A stretch of DNA of 32,000 bases from Geobacter sulfurreducens PCA (GTDB taxonomy: Bacteria; Desulfobacterota; Desulfuromonadia; Geobacterales; Geobacteraceae), in assembly GCF_000007985.2 (NCBI RefSeq), contig NC_002939.5, forward strand, positions 3,510,001-3,542,000, in the 5' to 3' direction. A program made the position numbers and the translations under genes. Shown here piece by piece: positions 1 through 10,781 of the stretch. The stretch's first letter is position 1; each line of letters opens with the position of its first letter. The notes under the pieces were generated by a model. The model had not been told where the DNA came from, searched no databases, and was given only the letters and a program-made list of their open reading frames with translations.

Positions 1-1
1 C

Positions 2-640
2 GACGTGGTAGCCACTTTGGAACAGGGATACGCTTCCCTCAAGGACCTGCAGGCATCCTTCACCCAACGGACCGAAATGGCGGCGGTCAAGCGGTCCCAG
101 ACCGGCTCCGGCGAGCTGTTCATCCGCAAAGGTGCCGGCGACCGGGCGCTCTTTCGCTTCAACTACGTCAAACCGTCCCAGCAGATCGTCTCCAACGGCA
201 AGACCGTCTGGTACTATCTGCCCGAGAACCGGCAGGTCATGACCATGGATGCCTCTGCCCTCTTTGCGGGCGGCGGGGGGGTCGCCCTTTCCTACCTGAC
301 CGGCATAGGCCAGATATCGCGCGACTTCGCCGTAAGCTTTGCGGGCAACGGACGCGACGCCAAAGGGAACCACGTCCTGGACCTGGTGCCCAAAAAACAG
401 GGCCAGGCCTTTGCCCGGCTCCAGCTCACCGTTTCGGCCAAGGCGGTCGAAGAGTACCAACGGGCGGGCAAAGCCACGGTACCCTTTCCCATCGTTTCAT
501 CTGTTGTGGTTGACCAGATGGGGAGCCGCACGTCCTTCGAATTCTCGAAAATACGGGTGAACCGTGGGCTGGCCGGTTCTCTCTTTACATTCAAGGCTCC
601 TGCCGGCGTTGAGGTAATCCAGGCACCGGGAGTCAAATAA
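2..640 (+). CDS. LolA-like outer-membrane lipoprotein carrier / lipoprotein-sorting protein (5' end probably outside the window)
   Basis: The frame is open from the window edge to TAA at 638-640. The listed ORF starts at an internal GTG (5) and has no signal peptide, so the true start is probably upstream. The sequence (..[29 protein letters not shown]..) resembles LolA-fold proteins by eye. Confidence 0.6.
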
Positions 641-660
641 CATTATTCAGGGAGGAAACT

Positions 661-1146
661 ATGCCCTCATTCGACATCGTCTCGAAGGTGGAAATGCAGG
701 AGGTCGACAACGCGGTGAACCAGACCGTGAAAGAGATTTCACAGCGCTACGATTTCAAGGGAAGCAAGTGCGAGATCAAGCTGGAAAAGGACGCCATCAA
801 GCTGTTGGCCGACGATGACTACAAGCTCAAGGCAGTGGTCGACATTCTCCAGTCCAAGTGCATCAAGCGGGGAATATCCATCAAATCGCTCCAGTACGGT
901 AATGTGGAACCGGCATCCGGCGGCATGGTGCGGCAGGCGGTCGATATCCAGCAGGGTATCTCCAAGGAGAAGGGAAAGGACATCATTGCCGTCGTCAAGG
1001 AGTCCAAGCTCAAGGTTCAGGCGCAAATCCAGGATGACCAGGTGCGGGTGACCGGCAAAAACCGCGACGACCTCCAGGATGTCATCAAGCTTCTCAAGGG
1101 AAAGGATCTGGGGGTGGAACTCCAGTTCGTCAATTTCAGGGACTAA
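661..1146 (+). CDS. yajQ: YajQ/UPF0234-family nucleotide-binding protein
   Basis: 161-aa ORF beginning [10 protein letters not shown] and ending LQFVNFRD, which are typical YajQ termini. GGAGG at 651-655 lies 5 nt before the ATG. Confidence 0.9.
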
Positions 1147-1158
1147 CGAGGGGATTCA

Positions 1159-2502
1159 GTGAGTAACGCAAAAGAAAAAGTCAGCATGGTCAGCCTTGGC
1201 TGCCCCAAAAATCTGGTGGATGCAGAGGTAATGCTCGGCCGCCTGGCAAAGGACCGCTACGAGATCACCACCGATGAGCGCGAGGCGGACATTATCATCG
1301 TCAACACCTGTTCCTTCATCAAAGAGGCGAAACAGGAGAGCATCGACACGATCCTCGACCTGGCCGACCGGAAACAGGACGGCCGCTGCCGGCTCCTCAT
1401 TGTGACCGGGTGCCTCCCCCAGCGCTACCAGGAAGAGCTGGCCAGGGAACTGCCCGAGGTGGACATCTTCGTGGGCACCGGCGACTATCCCCGCATCGCG
1501 GAGATCATCGAGGAGAAGAGTTCGCGGCCGGAGCAGCTGCGCTATATCGGCGACCCAAACTTCGTATTCGACGAAAGCCTCACGCGCCTCAACTCCTCCC
1601 CGGCCTACACCGCCTACCTGAAAATCGCCGAGGGATGCTCCAACTGCTGCTCCTACTGCGTGATCCCGTCTCTGCGGGGAGCCTTCCGCTCCCGTCCTCT
1701 GGAGAGCGTCCTCGCTGAGGCCCGCTCCCTCGTGGCCGGCGGGGCGCGGGAGATCAACCTGATTGCCCAGGACATCACCACCTACGGCCGCGACCTGCCC
1801 GGCGCACCCTCCCTGGAGACCCTCATCCGCGAACTGGCCGCCATTGACGGCCTCGCCTGGATCAGACTCCTCTATGCCTACCCCGACGGTATTACCGACG
1901 GCCTGATCCAGACCATCAAGAACGAACCAAAAGTCTGCAAATACCTGGACCTGCCCATCCAGCACATCAGCGACCCGATCCTGAAGCGGATGAACCGCCG
2001 CAGCACCGAGCCCCAGATCCGGGAGCTCGTGGCCAGGCTGCGGGAGGAGATCCCGGACATCGCGCTCCGCACCTCCCTCATCGTCGGCTTCCCCGGTGAA
2101 ACGGAAGAGGACTTCCGCACGCTCCTCCATTTCGTGGAAGAAGCCCAGTTCGACCGTCTCGGCGTGTTCTGCTATTCACGCGAAGAAGGGACCCCGGCCG
2201 CGGAGATGCCCGACCAGGTCTCCGAGCGGGTGAAGCGCGAGCGCTACAAAAAGCTTATGAAGGCCCAGGCTCGGGTATCTTTCAAGCGGAACCGCCGGCT
2301 CATCGACACGGAAGAACAGGTCATCGTGGAAGGATACAGCGAGGAGACAGAGCTCCTCCTGAAGGGACGCTCCTCCCGCCAGGCGCCCGACATCGACGGC
2401 CAGGTCTACATCACCGCCGGCAACGCCAACGTGGGTGACATCGTACGTCTTCGGATTACCGATTCCTCCGACTACGATCTCATCGGCGAGATCATCTCCT
2501 GA
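1159..2502 (+). CDS. rimO: Ribosomal protein S12 methylthiotransferase RimO (radical SAM MTTase)
   Basis: N-terminal MTTase motif [11 protein letters not shown], radical-SAM CxxxCxxC (CSNCCSYC) and a C-terminal TRAM-like domain. GTG start at 1159 with GAGGGG at 1148-1153. An in-frame ATG 9 codons downstream is an alternative start. Confidence 0.9.
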   Translation: MSNAKEKVSMVSLGCPKNLVDAEVMLGRLAKDRYEITTDEREADIIIVNTCSFIKEAKQESIDTILDLADRKQDGRCRLLIVTGCLPQRYQEELARELPEVDIFVGTGDYPRIAEIIEEKSSRPEQLRYIGDPNFVFDESLTRLNSSPAYTAYLKIAEGCSNCCSYCVIPSLRGAFRSRPLESVLAEARSLVAGGAREINLIAQDITTYGRDLPGAPSLETLIRELAAIDGLAWIRLLYAYPDGITDGLIQTIKNEPKVCKYLDLPIQHISDPILKRMNRRSTEPQIRELVARLREEIPDIALRTSLIVGFPGETEEDFRTLLHFVEEAQFDRLGVFCYSREEGTPAAEMPDQVSERVKRERYKKLMKAQARVSFKRNRRLIDTEEQVIVEGYSEETELLLKGRSSRQAPDIDGQVYITAGNANVGDIVRLRITDSSDYDLIGEIIS

Positions 2503-2621
2503 CCCTGCCTCCCGCGGGCCGGCGGATGACATCTGACCGGCCCGCGTCCAGCACCGCTCACTCGGCATTTCCCCGTATACTCACCGGCAAAGGCTGATCG
2601 GCATTCAGGCCCGCTTTTTGC

Positions 2622-2649
2622 TTGACTTCAAAAAAGTTTTCGGTATCAT
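2622..2649 (+). promoter_or_regulatory. Candidate sigma70 promoter for the dksA-like gene (TTGACT-N16-TATCAT)
   Basis: TTGACT at 2622-2627, a 16-nt spacer, then TATCAT at 2644-2649, about 45 nt upstream of ATG 2694. Confidence 0.45.
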
Positions 2650-2693
2650 TTCGTGGCTCTTGAGGCCGGAAAATCAGCAGAGGGAGATAGTAA

Positions 2694-3113
2694 ATGATTG
2701 AAAAATCTGAGGAAATGAAGGCTCTTCTCGTCAAACTCAAGGATGAGACCCTTCAGGAGATACACAAGGCGATGCGTAGCGGCTCCGAGAATGCAGGGGG
2801 CGAGCCCACGGGCGACATCTACGACCAGGCGTCCAGCGAGCGCGACCGGGAGCTGGGACTGCTTCTGAGTGACCGGGAGCGGGACAAGCTGCGCAAAATC
2901 GATGAGGCCCTCTTGAAGATCGAGGACGGAGAATACGGCATCTGCGAGGAGTGCGAGGAAGAAATCCCCCTGGGACGCCTCAAGGTCATGCCTTTTGCAC
3001 GCTACTGCGTCAAGTGCCAGTCGGACATCGAAAAGATCCAGGCCCAGACCCGCCGTTTCGAGGAAGAGCGGGCGTATCGCGAGATCGCCTTCGGCGAAGA
3101 AGAAGAGGCCTGA
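2694..3113 (+). CDS. dksA: DksA/TraR-family C4 zinc-finger RNA-polymerase-binding regulator
   Basis: 139 aa. Coiled-coil tip motif DxxDxA (DIYDQA) and a four-Cys zinc finger CEEC..(17)..CVKC. AGGGAG Shine-Dalgarno at 2681-2686. Confidence 0.8.
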   Translation: MIEKSEEMKALLVKLKDETLQEIHKAMRSGSENAGGEPTGDIYDQASSERDRELGLLLSDRERDKLRKIDEALLKIEDGEYGICEECEEEIPLGRLKVMPFARYCVKCQSDIEKIQAQTRRFEEERAYREIAFGEEEEA

Positions 3114-3136
3114 CAGCCTCTCGAGCGGACCGAGAG

Positions 3137-3167
3137 AAAAAGGGCGCTGCCGACAGCGCCCTTTTTT
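3137..3167. terminator. Bidirectional rho-independent terminator between the convergent dksA-like gene and gpmI
   Basis: Perfect 9-bp stem AGGGCGCTG (3141-3149) / CAGCGCCCT (3154-3162) with loop CCGA. It is flanked by AAAA upstream and TTTTTT downstream. Confidence 0.8.
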
Positions 3168-3206
3168 GTCGCCTCTGACCTGGGAGTCAAAATACCGCCA
3201 CAACCA

Positions 3207-4748
3207 TCACTCGGTAGCGACCAGCAAGCTTTTCCCCGTCATCTCCGGCGGCTGCGGAATCCCCAGTAACCCAAGCATGGTCGGCGCGATGTCGGCTAGG
3301 GTCCCGGGCCGCAGTCGTGCCCCTTTCCGGGAATCGTCCACCAGGATGAGTGGTACCCGTTCGTTGGTATGGGCGGTGTGGGGACCGCCGGTCTCGTCCA
3401 CCATCATCTCGGCGTTGCCGTGGTCGGCAGTTATGATCAGTGCCCCCCCCTTTTCCAGCACCGTTGCCGCCACCCGGCCCACGCACTCGTCAACCGTCTC
3501 GATGGCGCGCACGGCGGCATCAAGGATGCCGGTGTGTCCCACCATGTCGGCATTGGCGAAATTGACCACCACCACATCGTCTACTCCCTCGTCGATCCGC
3601 TTCAGCAGCGCATCGGTCACGAGCGGGGCGCTCATTTCCGGCTTCTGGTCGTAGGTGGCCACTTCCTTGGGAGAGGGGATCAGGATCCGCTCCTCGCCGG
3701 GAAACGGCTCTTCCACGCCGCCGTTGAAGAAGAACGTGACGTGGGCATACTTTTCGGTCTCGGCGATCCGCAGCTGCCGGAGCCCGGCCCGGCTCACCAC
3801 CTGGCCCAGGATGTTGGCGAGGCTTTCGGGGGGGTAGGCCACGGGGAGCGGAAAGGTGGCATCGTACTCAGTAAGGCAGACATAGGAGGCGAGGCGGGGC
3901 CACGGTGAACGATCGAAGCCGGCGAAGGCGGGGTCCGTGAGTGCCCGGGTGATCTCACGGGCCCGGTCCGAACGGAAATTGAAGCAGATAAAGCCGTCCC
4001 CGTCGGCGAGAAGTCCGAGTGGGCTGCCGTTAGGGGCGATGACGGCCGGCTCAACGAACTCGTCAGTGACACCGGCACTGTAACTCGCCTCGATGGCCGC
4101 AGCCGAGTCCGGACGGTGCGCCCCCTCACCCTTGACAATGGTGTTATAGGCCCGCTCCACCCGCTCCCAGCGATTATCCCGGTCCATGGCCCAGTAGCGC
4201 CCCATGACCGTGGCGACCCTGCCGAAGCCGATCCGGCCGATCTCCGCCTCCAGCTCGGCCAGGTAGCCCGCACCGCTGCTGGGCGGGGTGTCGCGGCCGT
4301 CGAGGAAGGCATGAACGAACACGTCCTTCACCCCCTGACGCCGGGCCAACTCAATGAGGGCATAGAGGTGCGTGTTATGGGAGTGGACTCCCCCGTCGGA
4401 GAGGAGCCCGCCCAGGTGCAGCCTGCCGCCGGCAGCCTTGACGCGGGCCATGCAGTCGAGAAGCACCGGATTGGTGAAGAAGTCGCCGTCGTCGATCGAT
4501 TTGGTGATGCGGGTCAGGTCCTGGTAGACCACACGGCCGGCGCCGATGTTCAGGTGGCCCACCTCCGAGTTCCCCATTTGGCCGTCGGGAAGCCCCACAG
4601 CCATGCCCGACGTCTCCATCTCCACCGAGGGGTACTCGGCCATGAGGCGGTCCATGGCCGGGGTCCGGCCAATGGCCACGGCATTATTGGAAGGGTCGGG
4701 ATTGATCCCCCACCCGTCGAGGATCATGAGCACGAGCGGTCTGGGCAT
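3207..4748 (-). CDS. gpmI: 2,3-bisphosphoglycerate-independent phosphoglycerate mutase
   Basis: 513 aa. Contains [22 protein letters not shown] and ITADHGNAE, which are signature motifs of the iPGM family. Confidence 0.95.
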
Positions 4749-4766
4749 TGCTCCTCCGTGACAGGA

Positions 4767-5228
4767 TTAGTGATGATAGGGTTCGTTGCCGATGATGGTG
4801 AAAGCCCGGTAGATCTGCTCCAGCAGCACCACCCGGACCATCTGGTGGGTAAAGGTCATCCGCGACAGGGCGATGACCCGGTCGGCCCGGCGCCTGAACT
4901 CGTCGGCAAAGCCGTAGGCCCCGCCGATGGCGAAGGCCAGTTCGGGTACCGCCGTGTCCCGGCAACGGGAGATGTAGGCGGCGAATTCCGGCGAAGTGAG
5001 CTGATCGCCCCGCTCATCCAGAAGGATCAGGCGTGAGGTGCGGGGAACGAGCTTGTCGAGCCGCTCACACTCCCGAGCGCGCATGGCCTCGGCCGCAGCG
5101 CCCTTTTCATCCCGCGCCTCGCCGATCTCCAGGGGAGCATAGCGTCTCACCCGGCCGGCATATTCGTCAATGCCGCGCCGAACCCACTCCTCCTGGGTCT
5201 TGCCGACCCAGAGCACGCGCAGTTTCAC
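4767..5228 (-). CDS. rlmH: 23S rRNA (pseudouridine1915-N3)-methyltransferase RlmH (SPOUT)
   Basis: 153 aa starting MKLRVLWVGK, with an IGGAYGF segment and a C-terminal GNEPYHH typical of RlmH. It occupies the conserved position after rsfS. Confidence 0.9.
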   Translation of the reverse strand: MKLRVLWVGKTQEEWVRRGIDEYAGRVRRYAPLEIGEARDEKGAAAEAMRARECERLDKLVPRTSRLILLDERGDQLTSPEFAAYISRCRDTAVPELAFAIGGAYGFADEFRRRADRVIALSRMTFTHQMVRVVLLEQIYRAFTIIGNEPYHH

Positions 5229-5265
5229 GGCGCTCCGACCCCGGCCGGCACGGAGAGGGCGAGGA

Positions 5266-5667
5266 TCACTCCCCTCCCCCTTCCTTCCCTTCCCACAGGT
5301 ACTCCGCGGGAATCGCCACCTGCCCGGCAGCGGACCAGAGGCCGTCCAGGTCGTAGTAGGAGCGCAGTTCCTCCCGGAAGATGTGGACGATCACGTCACC
5401 GTAGTCGATCACGATCCAGTTCCCTTCCCGCAGCCCCTCCATATCGATGACCTTGCCGTACTTCTTGAGCCCCTTCTTGACCGAATCGGCAATGGCCTGG
5501 GCCTGCTTGTCCGAACGGCCCGTGGCAAGCACCAGATAGTCGGCAATGGACGATATCCGGCCGATCTCGAGGACCTTCACATCAAGGGCCTTCTTGTCGA
5601 GGGCGAAGCGGGCGCACTGGAGCGCGCGCTCGAGGGGAGTGAGCGTGAGTTTATCCGTCATGGGCAT
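5266..5667 (-). CDS. rsfS: Ribosome silencing factor RsfS (iojap-like)
   Basis: 133 aa with DYLVLATGRSDKQAQAIADSV and WIVIDYGDVIVHIF segments typical of RsfS. It overlaps the nadD stop by 17 nt. Confidence 0.9.
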   Translation of the reverse strand: MPMTDKLTLTPLERALQCARFALDKKALDVKVLEIGRISSIADYLVLATGRSDKQAQAIADSVKKGLKKYGKVIDMEGLREGNWIVIDYGDVIVHIFREELRSYYDLDGLWSAAGQVAIPAEYLWEGKEGGGE

Positions 5668-6301
5668 AGATCCTTTGTTCGTTGATGTAGCGCTCCACCG
5701 CCTCCGGGACCAAGTACCTGATCGACCTGCCGAGGCGAGCGAGTCCGCGGATGGAACGGGACGAGATGTCGAGGGGGACGCCGGCCAGCCAGTAGACCGA
5801 ATATCCCGAGCGATGGGCGAGCCGTTTTTCCGCGGGATAATAGCAGAATTGCGCTGTTATGGCAACCGGCAGCGCCGCGAGCAGGTCCGCCGCTTCGGCT
5901 CCGGGGCGGGCCGCCACCACCAGGTTGCAGGAGGCGAAGATCGCCTCGTAGTCGTACCAGGAGCCAATGTCGAGGAACGAGTCGCTGCCGATGATGAAAA
6001 AAAATTCGTCCCCCGGATACTCCTCTTTGAGAGCCCGGATCGTGTCGACGGAATAGGACTTACCCGGTCGCCCCCCCTCCATGTCCGACACGGCAAAGGC
6101 GTGGTTGTCCGCCGTGGCGAGCCGCACCATGGCGCAGCGCGTCTCAAAGGGGACTTCCCCCTCCATGGCCTTGTGGGGCGGGGACGCTGCCGGAATGAAC
6201 AGAACCCGGTCCAGGGCAAAGGTGTCCCGCACCTCCTCCGCGATGCGGAGGTGAGCCACGTGCACCGGGTTGAACGTGCCGCCGAGAATGCCCGTTTTCA
6301 T
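5651..6301 (-). CDS. nadD: Nicotinate-nucleotide adenylyltransferase
   Basis: 216 aa. N-terminal GGTFNPVHVAHL nucleotidyltransferase motif and a C-terminal ISSRSIR motif. Confidence 0.9.
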   Translation of the reverse strand: MKTGILGGTFNPVHVAHLRIAEEVRDTFALDRVLFIPAASPPHKAMEGEVPFETRCAMVRLATADNHAFAVSDMEGGRPGKSYSVDTIRALKEEYPGDEFFFIIGSDSFLDIGSWYDYEAIFASCNLVVAARPGAEAADLLAALPVAITAQFCYYPAEKRLAHRSGYSVYWLAGVPLDISSRSIRGLARLGRSIRYLVPEAVERYINEQRIYAHDG

Positions 6302-6332
6302 CCCTTGCCGGCCTCCGGGTCCCTGCCCCCGC

Positions 6333-7589
6333 TCACGGCCTCACCTGTCCATCGCCATAGACGATGAACTTGGTCGTTGTCAGATCCTCCAGTCCCATGG
6401 GGCCGAAGGAGTGGAGCTTGGTGGTGGAGATGCCGATCTCGGCACCGAGCCCCAGTTGGTTGCCATCGGCAAATCGGGTGGAGGCATTGACCAGCACAGT
6501 GCTGGAGTTCACCTCCCGGATGAAGCGCTGGGCATTGTGATAGTCGCGGGTGACGATGGCCTCGGTGTGGAGCGAGCCGTAACGGTTGATGTGGGCCACG
6601 GCCTCGTCCAGGTCGTCCACCACCCGGACCGCGAGGATCAGCTCCAGGTATTCGGCATGCCAGTCGTCCTCGGTGGCCTTTGTGGCCTGGGGCACAAACT
6701 GGCGGACGCAGTCGTCGCCCCTCAGCTCCACCTTCAGCTCGATGAGGGTCTCGGCAATACGGGGGATAAAGGTCTCCGCAATATCCTTGTGGACCAGGAG
6801 CGTCTCCAGGGCATTGCAGACCCCGGGCCGCTGGACCTTGCCGTTGACGATGATCTTTTCCGCCATGTCGAAATCGGCATCCGCGTCCACGAAAACGTGG
6901 CAGACCCCCTTGTAGTGCTTGATGACCGGGATGCGCGAGTTCTCGACCACGAAACGGATCAGACTTTCGCCTCCCCGCGGGATGATCAGGTCGATGAACT
7001 CCTCCTGCTTGAGCATCTCCAGAACCCCCTCGCGCTCGGGGAAGGGAACGACCGACAAGGCCGCAGCGGGGATGCCCGCCCGCTTCAGTTCTTCCCCGAG
7101 GATGCGGGCGATAGCCAGATTGGAATGGATCGCTTCGGAGCCGCCCCGCAGAATGACGCTGTTGCCGCTCTTGAGGCAGAGAGCCGCGGCATCGGCGGTG
7201 ACGTTGGGGCGCGCCTCGTAGATTATCCCGATGACCCCCAAGGGAATCCGCATCTTGCCCACACGGAGGCCGTTAGGGCGGGTCCACATCCGCGTCACCT
7301 CCCCCACCGGGTCGGAGAGAGCCGCCACCTCACGTAGGCCGTCGGCCATGGCCTTGATTCGGGCCTCGTTGAGCATGAGCCGGTCGAGCATGGCGGTCGA
7401 AAGCCCCTTGGCCTCGCCCGCTTCCAGGTCCTTCCGGTTTTCCTCAATGAGCTGGACGGTGTTCCTGACCAGAGAACCGGCCATGGCCAGGAGAAGCTCG
7501 TTCTTGGCGGAGGCGGAAAGCTTCGCCATGGCTATTGCGGCCTGGCGGGCGTCGGCGGCGATGTTTCGAATCTTTTCGGCGATCGACAT
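6333..7589 (-). CDS. proA: Gamma-glutamyl phosphate reductase
   Basis: 418 aa aldehyde-dehydrogenase-fold protein with a catalytic Cys context [12 protein letters not shown] and conserved ProA length. Confidence 0.95.
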   Translation of the reverse strand: MSIAEKIRNIAADARQAAIAMAKLSASAKNELLLAMAGSLVRNTVQLIEENRKDLEAGEAKGLSTAMLDRLMLNEARIKAMADGLREVAALSDPVGEVTRMWTRPNGLRVGKMRIPLGVIGIIYEARPNVTADAAALCLKSGNSVILRGGSEAIHSNLAIARILGEELKRAGIPAAALSVVPFPEREGVLEMLKQEEFIDLIIPRGGESLIRFVVENSRIPVIKHYKGVCHVFVDADADFDMAEKIIVNGKVQRPGVCNALETLLVHKDIAETFIPRIAETLIELKVELRGDDCVRQFVPQATKATEDDWHAEYLELILAVRVVDDLDEAVAHINRYGSLHTEAIVTRDYHNAQRFIREVNSSTVLVNASTRFADGNQLGLGAEIGISTTKLHSFGPMGLEDLTTTKFIVYGDGQVRP

Positions 7590-7860
7590 GTCAAACCCCT
7601 CCCTTGCGGATTCAGCTGTTGATGCTGTGGCAGGACACTAATTTCTACGTTGTCACCTTTGGTTCGGCTCTGTGGGAAGAGGGCCGGCGGCTCCCCCTCC
7701 GAAAAACCCAAAGCGTCACCTTCATAACTCTGATGAGCTTGAACAGATCATTGAGCCGATTTCCCATCGAACAGGCTCCCCACTTTTTGCGGGAGTTTTT
7801 TCTCCGGGAAAGCCCCCGGCCCCCTTACGGGACGTTTGGATGAACTGTGACAAAAGGGGG

Positions 7861-8982
7861 CTACAGCACCACAAGATTGTCCCGGTGGATGATCTCGTCC
7901 CCGTACTTGTAGCCGAGGATGGCCTCGATCTCGCCACTTCGATGACCGAGGATGCGGGTGATCTCGTCATGGGAATAGTCTACGAGCCCCCGGGCGATCT
8001 CAGTGCCGTCGGTGCCGCAGACCCGGACGCAGGCGCCCCGGTCGAACTTCCCCTCGACCCGGACCACCCCCGACGGTAGCAGGCTTTTCCCCTGGCGGGC
8101 AAGGACCGTGCGGGCGCCGTCGTCCACGATGATTTTCCCCGACGGCCTCAGAGTATGGGCAATCCAGTGCTTGCGCCGGTTGAGGCTCTCCTTGCCGGGG
8201 AGGAACAGGGTCCCCACCTCGCGGCCGGCAAAGGCTTCGGCCAGCAGGGACGGATTCCTGCCGTTGAGCATGAGCGTCGGCACCCCGAACTGGCCGGCCT
8301 TCTTGGCCGCAGCCAGCTTGGTTACCATCCCGCCCGTGCCGACGGTGGAACCGCTGCCGCCGGCAGCCCGTTCCATCTCCCGGGTGATCTGCCGAACCAG
8401 GGGAATGAGCCGCGCGTCGGGGTTGGTACGGGGATTCGCCTCGTAGAAACCGTCGATGTCGGTCAGGATCACCAGCAGATTGGCCTCGGCCAGGTTGGTG
8501 ACCAGGGCGGAGAGGCTGTCGTTGTCGCCGAACTTGATCTCGTCGAAGACCACAGTGTCGTTTTCGTTGATGATCGGGATCACCCCGAAGGAGAGGAGGG
8601 TATCAAGGGTAGCCCGGGCGTTGAGAAACCGTCCCCGGTGGGCCAGGTCGTCGCGGGTCAGAAGGATCTGCGCCACCTTGTGGCCGAAGGGCTCGAAGGC
8701 CTCCTCGTAGGCGTGCATGAGGCGCGACTGGCCGATGGCCGCCGCCGCCTGCTTCTGGGGAATGCTCCGGGGTCTGCCGTCGATGCCGAGCTCTTTCCGC
8801 CCCGCGGCAACGGCGCCCGAGGAGACGATGATCACCTGGCGGCCGCTGGCGCGCAGCTCGGCCACCTGGGCGGCGATGCTGCCCATGAGGGGCTTGTTGA
8901 GCCCGTTGTCCCCACAGGTGAGGACCCCACTGCCGATCTTGATGACGATCCGCTTGACCTTGGAGAGGATTCCGCTACGCAT
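7861..8982 (-). CDS. proB: Glutamate 5-kinase (amino-acid kinase domain plus PUA domain)
   Basis: The conserved protein begins at [22 protein letters not shown] (ATG at 8982, 373 aa). The 94 additional N-terminal codons of the listed ORF overlap obg and are Arg/Gly/Pro junk. Confidence 0.9.
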   Translation of the reverse strand: MRSGILSKVKRIVIKIGSGVLTCGDNGLNKPLMGSIAAQVAELRASGRQVIIVSSGAVAAGRKELGIDGRPRSIPQKQAAAAIGQSRLMHAYEEAFEPFGHKVAQILLTRDDLAHRGRFLNARATLDTLLSFGVIPIINENDTVVFDEIKFGDNDSLSALVTNLAEANLLVILTDIDGFYEANPRTNPDARLIPLVRQITREMERAAGGSGSTVGTGGMVTKLAAAKKAGQFGVPTLMLNGRNPSLLAEAFAGREVGTLFLPGKESLNRRKHWIAHTLRPSGKIIVDDGARTVLARQGKSLLPSGVVRVEGKFDRGACVRVCGTDGTEIARGLVDYSHDEITRILGHRSGEIEAILGYKYGDEIIHRDNLVVL

Positions 8983-8990
8983 AGCGCCGT

Positions 8991-10007
8991 CTACCACTCC
9001 TCCTCGTCCTTGCCCCAGAGGGAGCGGGCGATTTCGTCGAGCAAAGGGGAAATCCCCTCGCCGGTTGCGGCAGAGAGGGGAAAGACCGCAAGGCCCCGCT
9101 CCCGGAACCAGGGGAGCACCGCAGGCAGATTCTCTCTCACCGCCGGGAGATCCATCTTGTTGACCACCACGATCTGGCGCTTGTCGGCCAGCTCGGGACT
9201 GAAGAGGGCCAATTCCCGGTTGAGGGCCTCGTACTCGCGAATGGGATCGCGGTCGGGCATCCACGAGAGGTCGAGCACGTGGAGCAGCACGGTGGTCCGT
9301 TCAACGTGCTTGAGGAAGCGATGGCCGAGTCCCGCCCCCTCGGAGGCCCCTTCGATGATCCCCGGAATGTCGGCGATGACAAAGGAACGGTAGTTCTTGT
9401 AAGGAACCACCCCCAGGTTCGGCTTCAGGGTGGTGAACGGGTAATCGGCGATCTTGGGTCGGGCCGCCGAAACACGCGTGATGAACGAAGATTTCCCCAC
9501 GTTAGGGAAACCCAGAAGCCCCACATCGGCCAGGAGTTTCAGCTCCAGCCTCAGCCACCGCTGCTCCTCGGGCTCGCCCGGCTGGGCGAACTTGGGCGCC
9601 CGGTTGGTGGAGGTGGCGAACCGCGCGTTGCCCTGGCCGCCCCGTCCCCCCTTGAGCAAGACGATTTCCTCACCGGCCGTCACCAGGTCGGCCAGGATCT
9701 CGCCGGTTTCCGCATCCTTGATGATGGTACCCGGCGGGACAGGAATGACCAGGTCCTCACCGCCGGCGCCGTGGCGGTCCTTGCCCATGCCGTTCTTGCC
9801 GGAGCCGGCCTTCAGGTGGGGCCGGTAGCGCAGGTCCAGCAGGGTGGACAGGTTCGAGTCGACCCGGAAGATAACGTCGCCGCCCCGACCGCCGTCGCCA
9901 CCGTTGGGGCCGCCGAAGGGAATGAACTTTTCCCGGCGGAAAGAGACGCAGCCGGCGCCGCCGTGACCCGACTGAACGTGTATTTTTACTTCATCGATAA
10001 ACTGCAT
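8991..10007 (-). CDS. obg: GTPase Obg/CgtA
   Basis: 338 aa. Gly-rich Obg fold ([10 protein letters not shown]), G1 [10 protein letters not shown]3 [10 protein letters not shown] and G4 NKMD. Confidence 0.95.
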   Translation of the reverse strand: MQFIDEVKIHVQSGHGGAGCVSFRREKFIPFGGPNGGDGGRGGDVIFRVDSNLSTLLDLRYRPHLKAGSGKNGMGKDRHGAGGEDLVIPVPPGTIIKDAETGEILADLVTAGEEIVLLKGGRGGQGNARFATSTNRAPKFAQPGEPEEQRWLRLELKLLADVGLLGFPNVGKSSFITRVSAARPKIADYPFTTLKPNLGVVPYKNYRSFVIADIPGIIEGASEGAGLGHRFLKHVERTTVLLHVLDLSWMPDRDPIREYEALNRELALFSPELADKRQIVVVNKMDLPAVRENLPAVLPWFRERGLAVFPLSAATGEGISPLLDEIARSLWGKDEEEW

Positions 10008-10040
10008 GGCTTCCCGTGAAATGCGTGAAATGAAACAGAG

Positions 10041-10049
10041 ACTATAGCA
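10041..10049 (-). promoter_or_regulatory. Candidate extended -10 promoter (TGCTATAGT on the minus strand) for the obg operon
   Basis: The reverse complement of 10041-10049 reads TGCTATAGT (TGn plus TATAGT). It lies between the upstream terminator and the obg ATG. No good -35 element is present. Confidence 0.3.
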
Positions 10050-10069
10050 GAATTCGTCAGGTGGCGGGC

Positions 10070-10098
10070 AAAAAAAATCGGCAGCGTCGGCTGCCGAT
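10070..10098 (-). terminator. Rho-independent terminator of the triheme cytochrome gene
   Basis: Perfect 9-bp stem ATCGGCAGC (10077-10085) / GCTGCCGAT (10090-10098). On the minus strand it is followed by a run of 8 T (10070-10077). Confidence 0.8.
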
Positions 10099-10142
10099 GG
10101 AAAGGAGTGGGGAGTCGGTCCCCGTGGCGTGTTCGATCTGAC

Positions 10143-10781
10143 CTACTTGACGTGACAGGTGAGACAGAGGGCGCTGCGGTAATCCTCCACCGCCAGATGC
10201 ATGGGGCGAGGATTGAGCATGTTGTGGCAGGTAAGGCAACTTACGGTGCCGTCAAAGAGCATGAGCGACTGTTCCACCAGGGCCGGGTCCCTGAAGCCGC
10301 GTCCCGATGCGGCGACCTGGGCATAATTCATCCCCATGGGATGGGTTTTCATGGGGGAAGCGGTCTGAACGCTCTGGGCCGTGAACCCGCCGGTCGACAC
10401 GCGAGTTATCCGCTGTGCCGCCTCCACCGGCGGCGCGCTGACACCATCGTGGCAGCCGAGACAGGCAGTGGTGATGGTATCGGTACGGGAGGCGACCGGC
10501 TCATGGTAGCCGGCGTCGAGCAGAGTTCCGAAAATGGCGAAACCCTCGCTCTCGTCTTCAACGGCGTCAACCGCTGCCGTCCGGGTGGAGTAAGAGGCAT
10601 CGGCAGCCGTGGCAACCATGCCGATATAGCCGGCCCGCATCTCGGGGTCGACCAGTTGGGTCGAGAAGGTGCAGACGCCCCGGCTGATAGCAGCCTCGGC
10701 AGCAATGGAACCGGCAGCAACCAGCGCGAAGGCTGAAATCAGACTGACCAGGTGACGTAGTGTTCCGCTCGACCAGACCAT
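10143..10781 (-). CDS. Secreted triheme c-type cytochrome
   Basis: Three CXXCH motifs (CLGCH, CLTCH, CLTCH). Start chosen at ATG 10781 (MVWSSGTLRHLVSLISAFALVAAGSIAAEA, a signal peptide), with GGAGGAG 6-7 nt upstream. The listed ORF extends 12 codons further. Confidence 0.85.
   Translation of the reverse strand: MVWSSGTLRHLVSLISAFALVAAGSIAAEAAISRGVCTFSTQLVDPEMRAGYIGMVATAADASYSTRTAAVDAVEDESEGFAIFGTLLDAGYHEPVASRTDTITTACLGCHDGVSAPPVEAAQRITRVSTGGFTAQSVQTASPMKTHPMGMNYAQVAASGRGFRDPALVEQSLMLFDGTVSCLTCHNMLNPRPMHLAVEDYRSALCLTCHVK

Noticed and set aside
2514-2545. GC hairpin GCGGGCCGG / CCGGCCCGC after rimO
   Set aside because: The 9-bp stem is real, but the loop is 14 nt and no U tract follows. I cannot call it an intrinsic terminator.
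7590-7860. 270-nt gap between proB and proA within the minus-strand operon; the overlapping listed ORFs are 7535-7843, 7672-8079 and 7722-7970
   Set aside because: No ORF here has a recognisable family, signal or Shine-Dalgarno. I found no clean terminator and no tRNA- or riboswitch-like structure. It is probably just an untranslated spacer or internal promoter region.
8983-9264. 94-codon N-terminal extension of the proB ORF, overlapping obg
   Set aside because: The extension is Arg/Gly/Pro-rich and overlaps the 3' end of obg. The conserved glutamate-kinase sequence starts at the internal ATG 8982, 8 nt after the obg stop.
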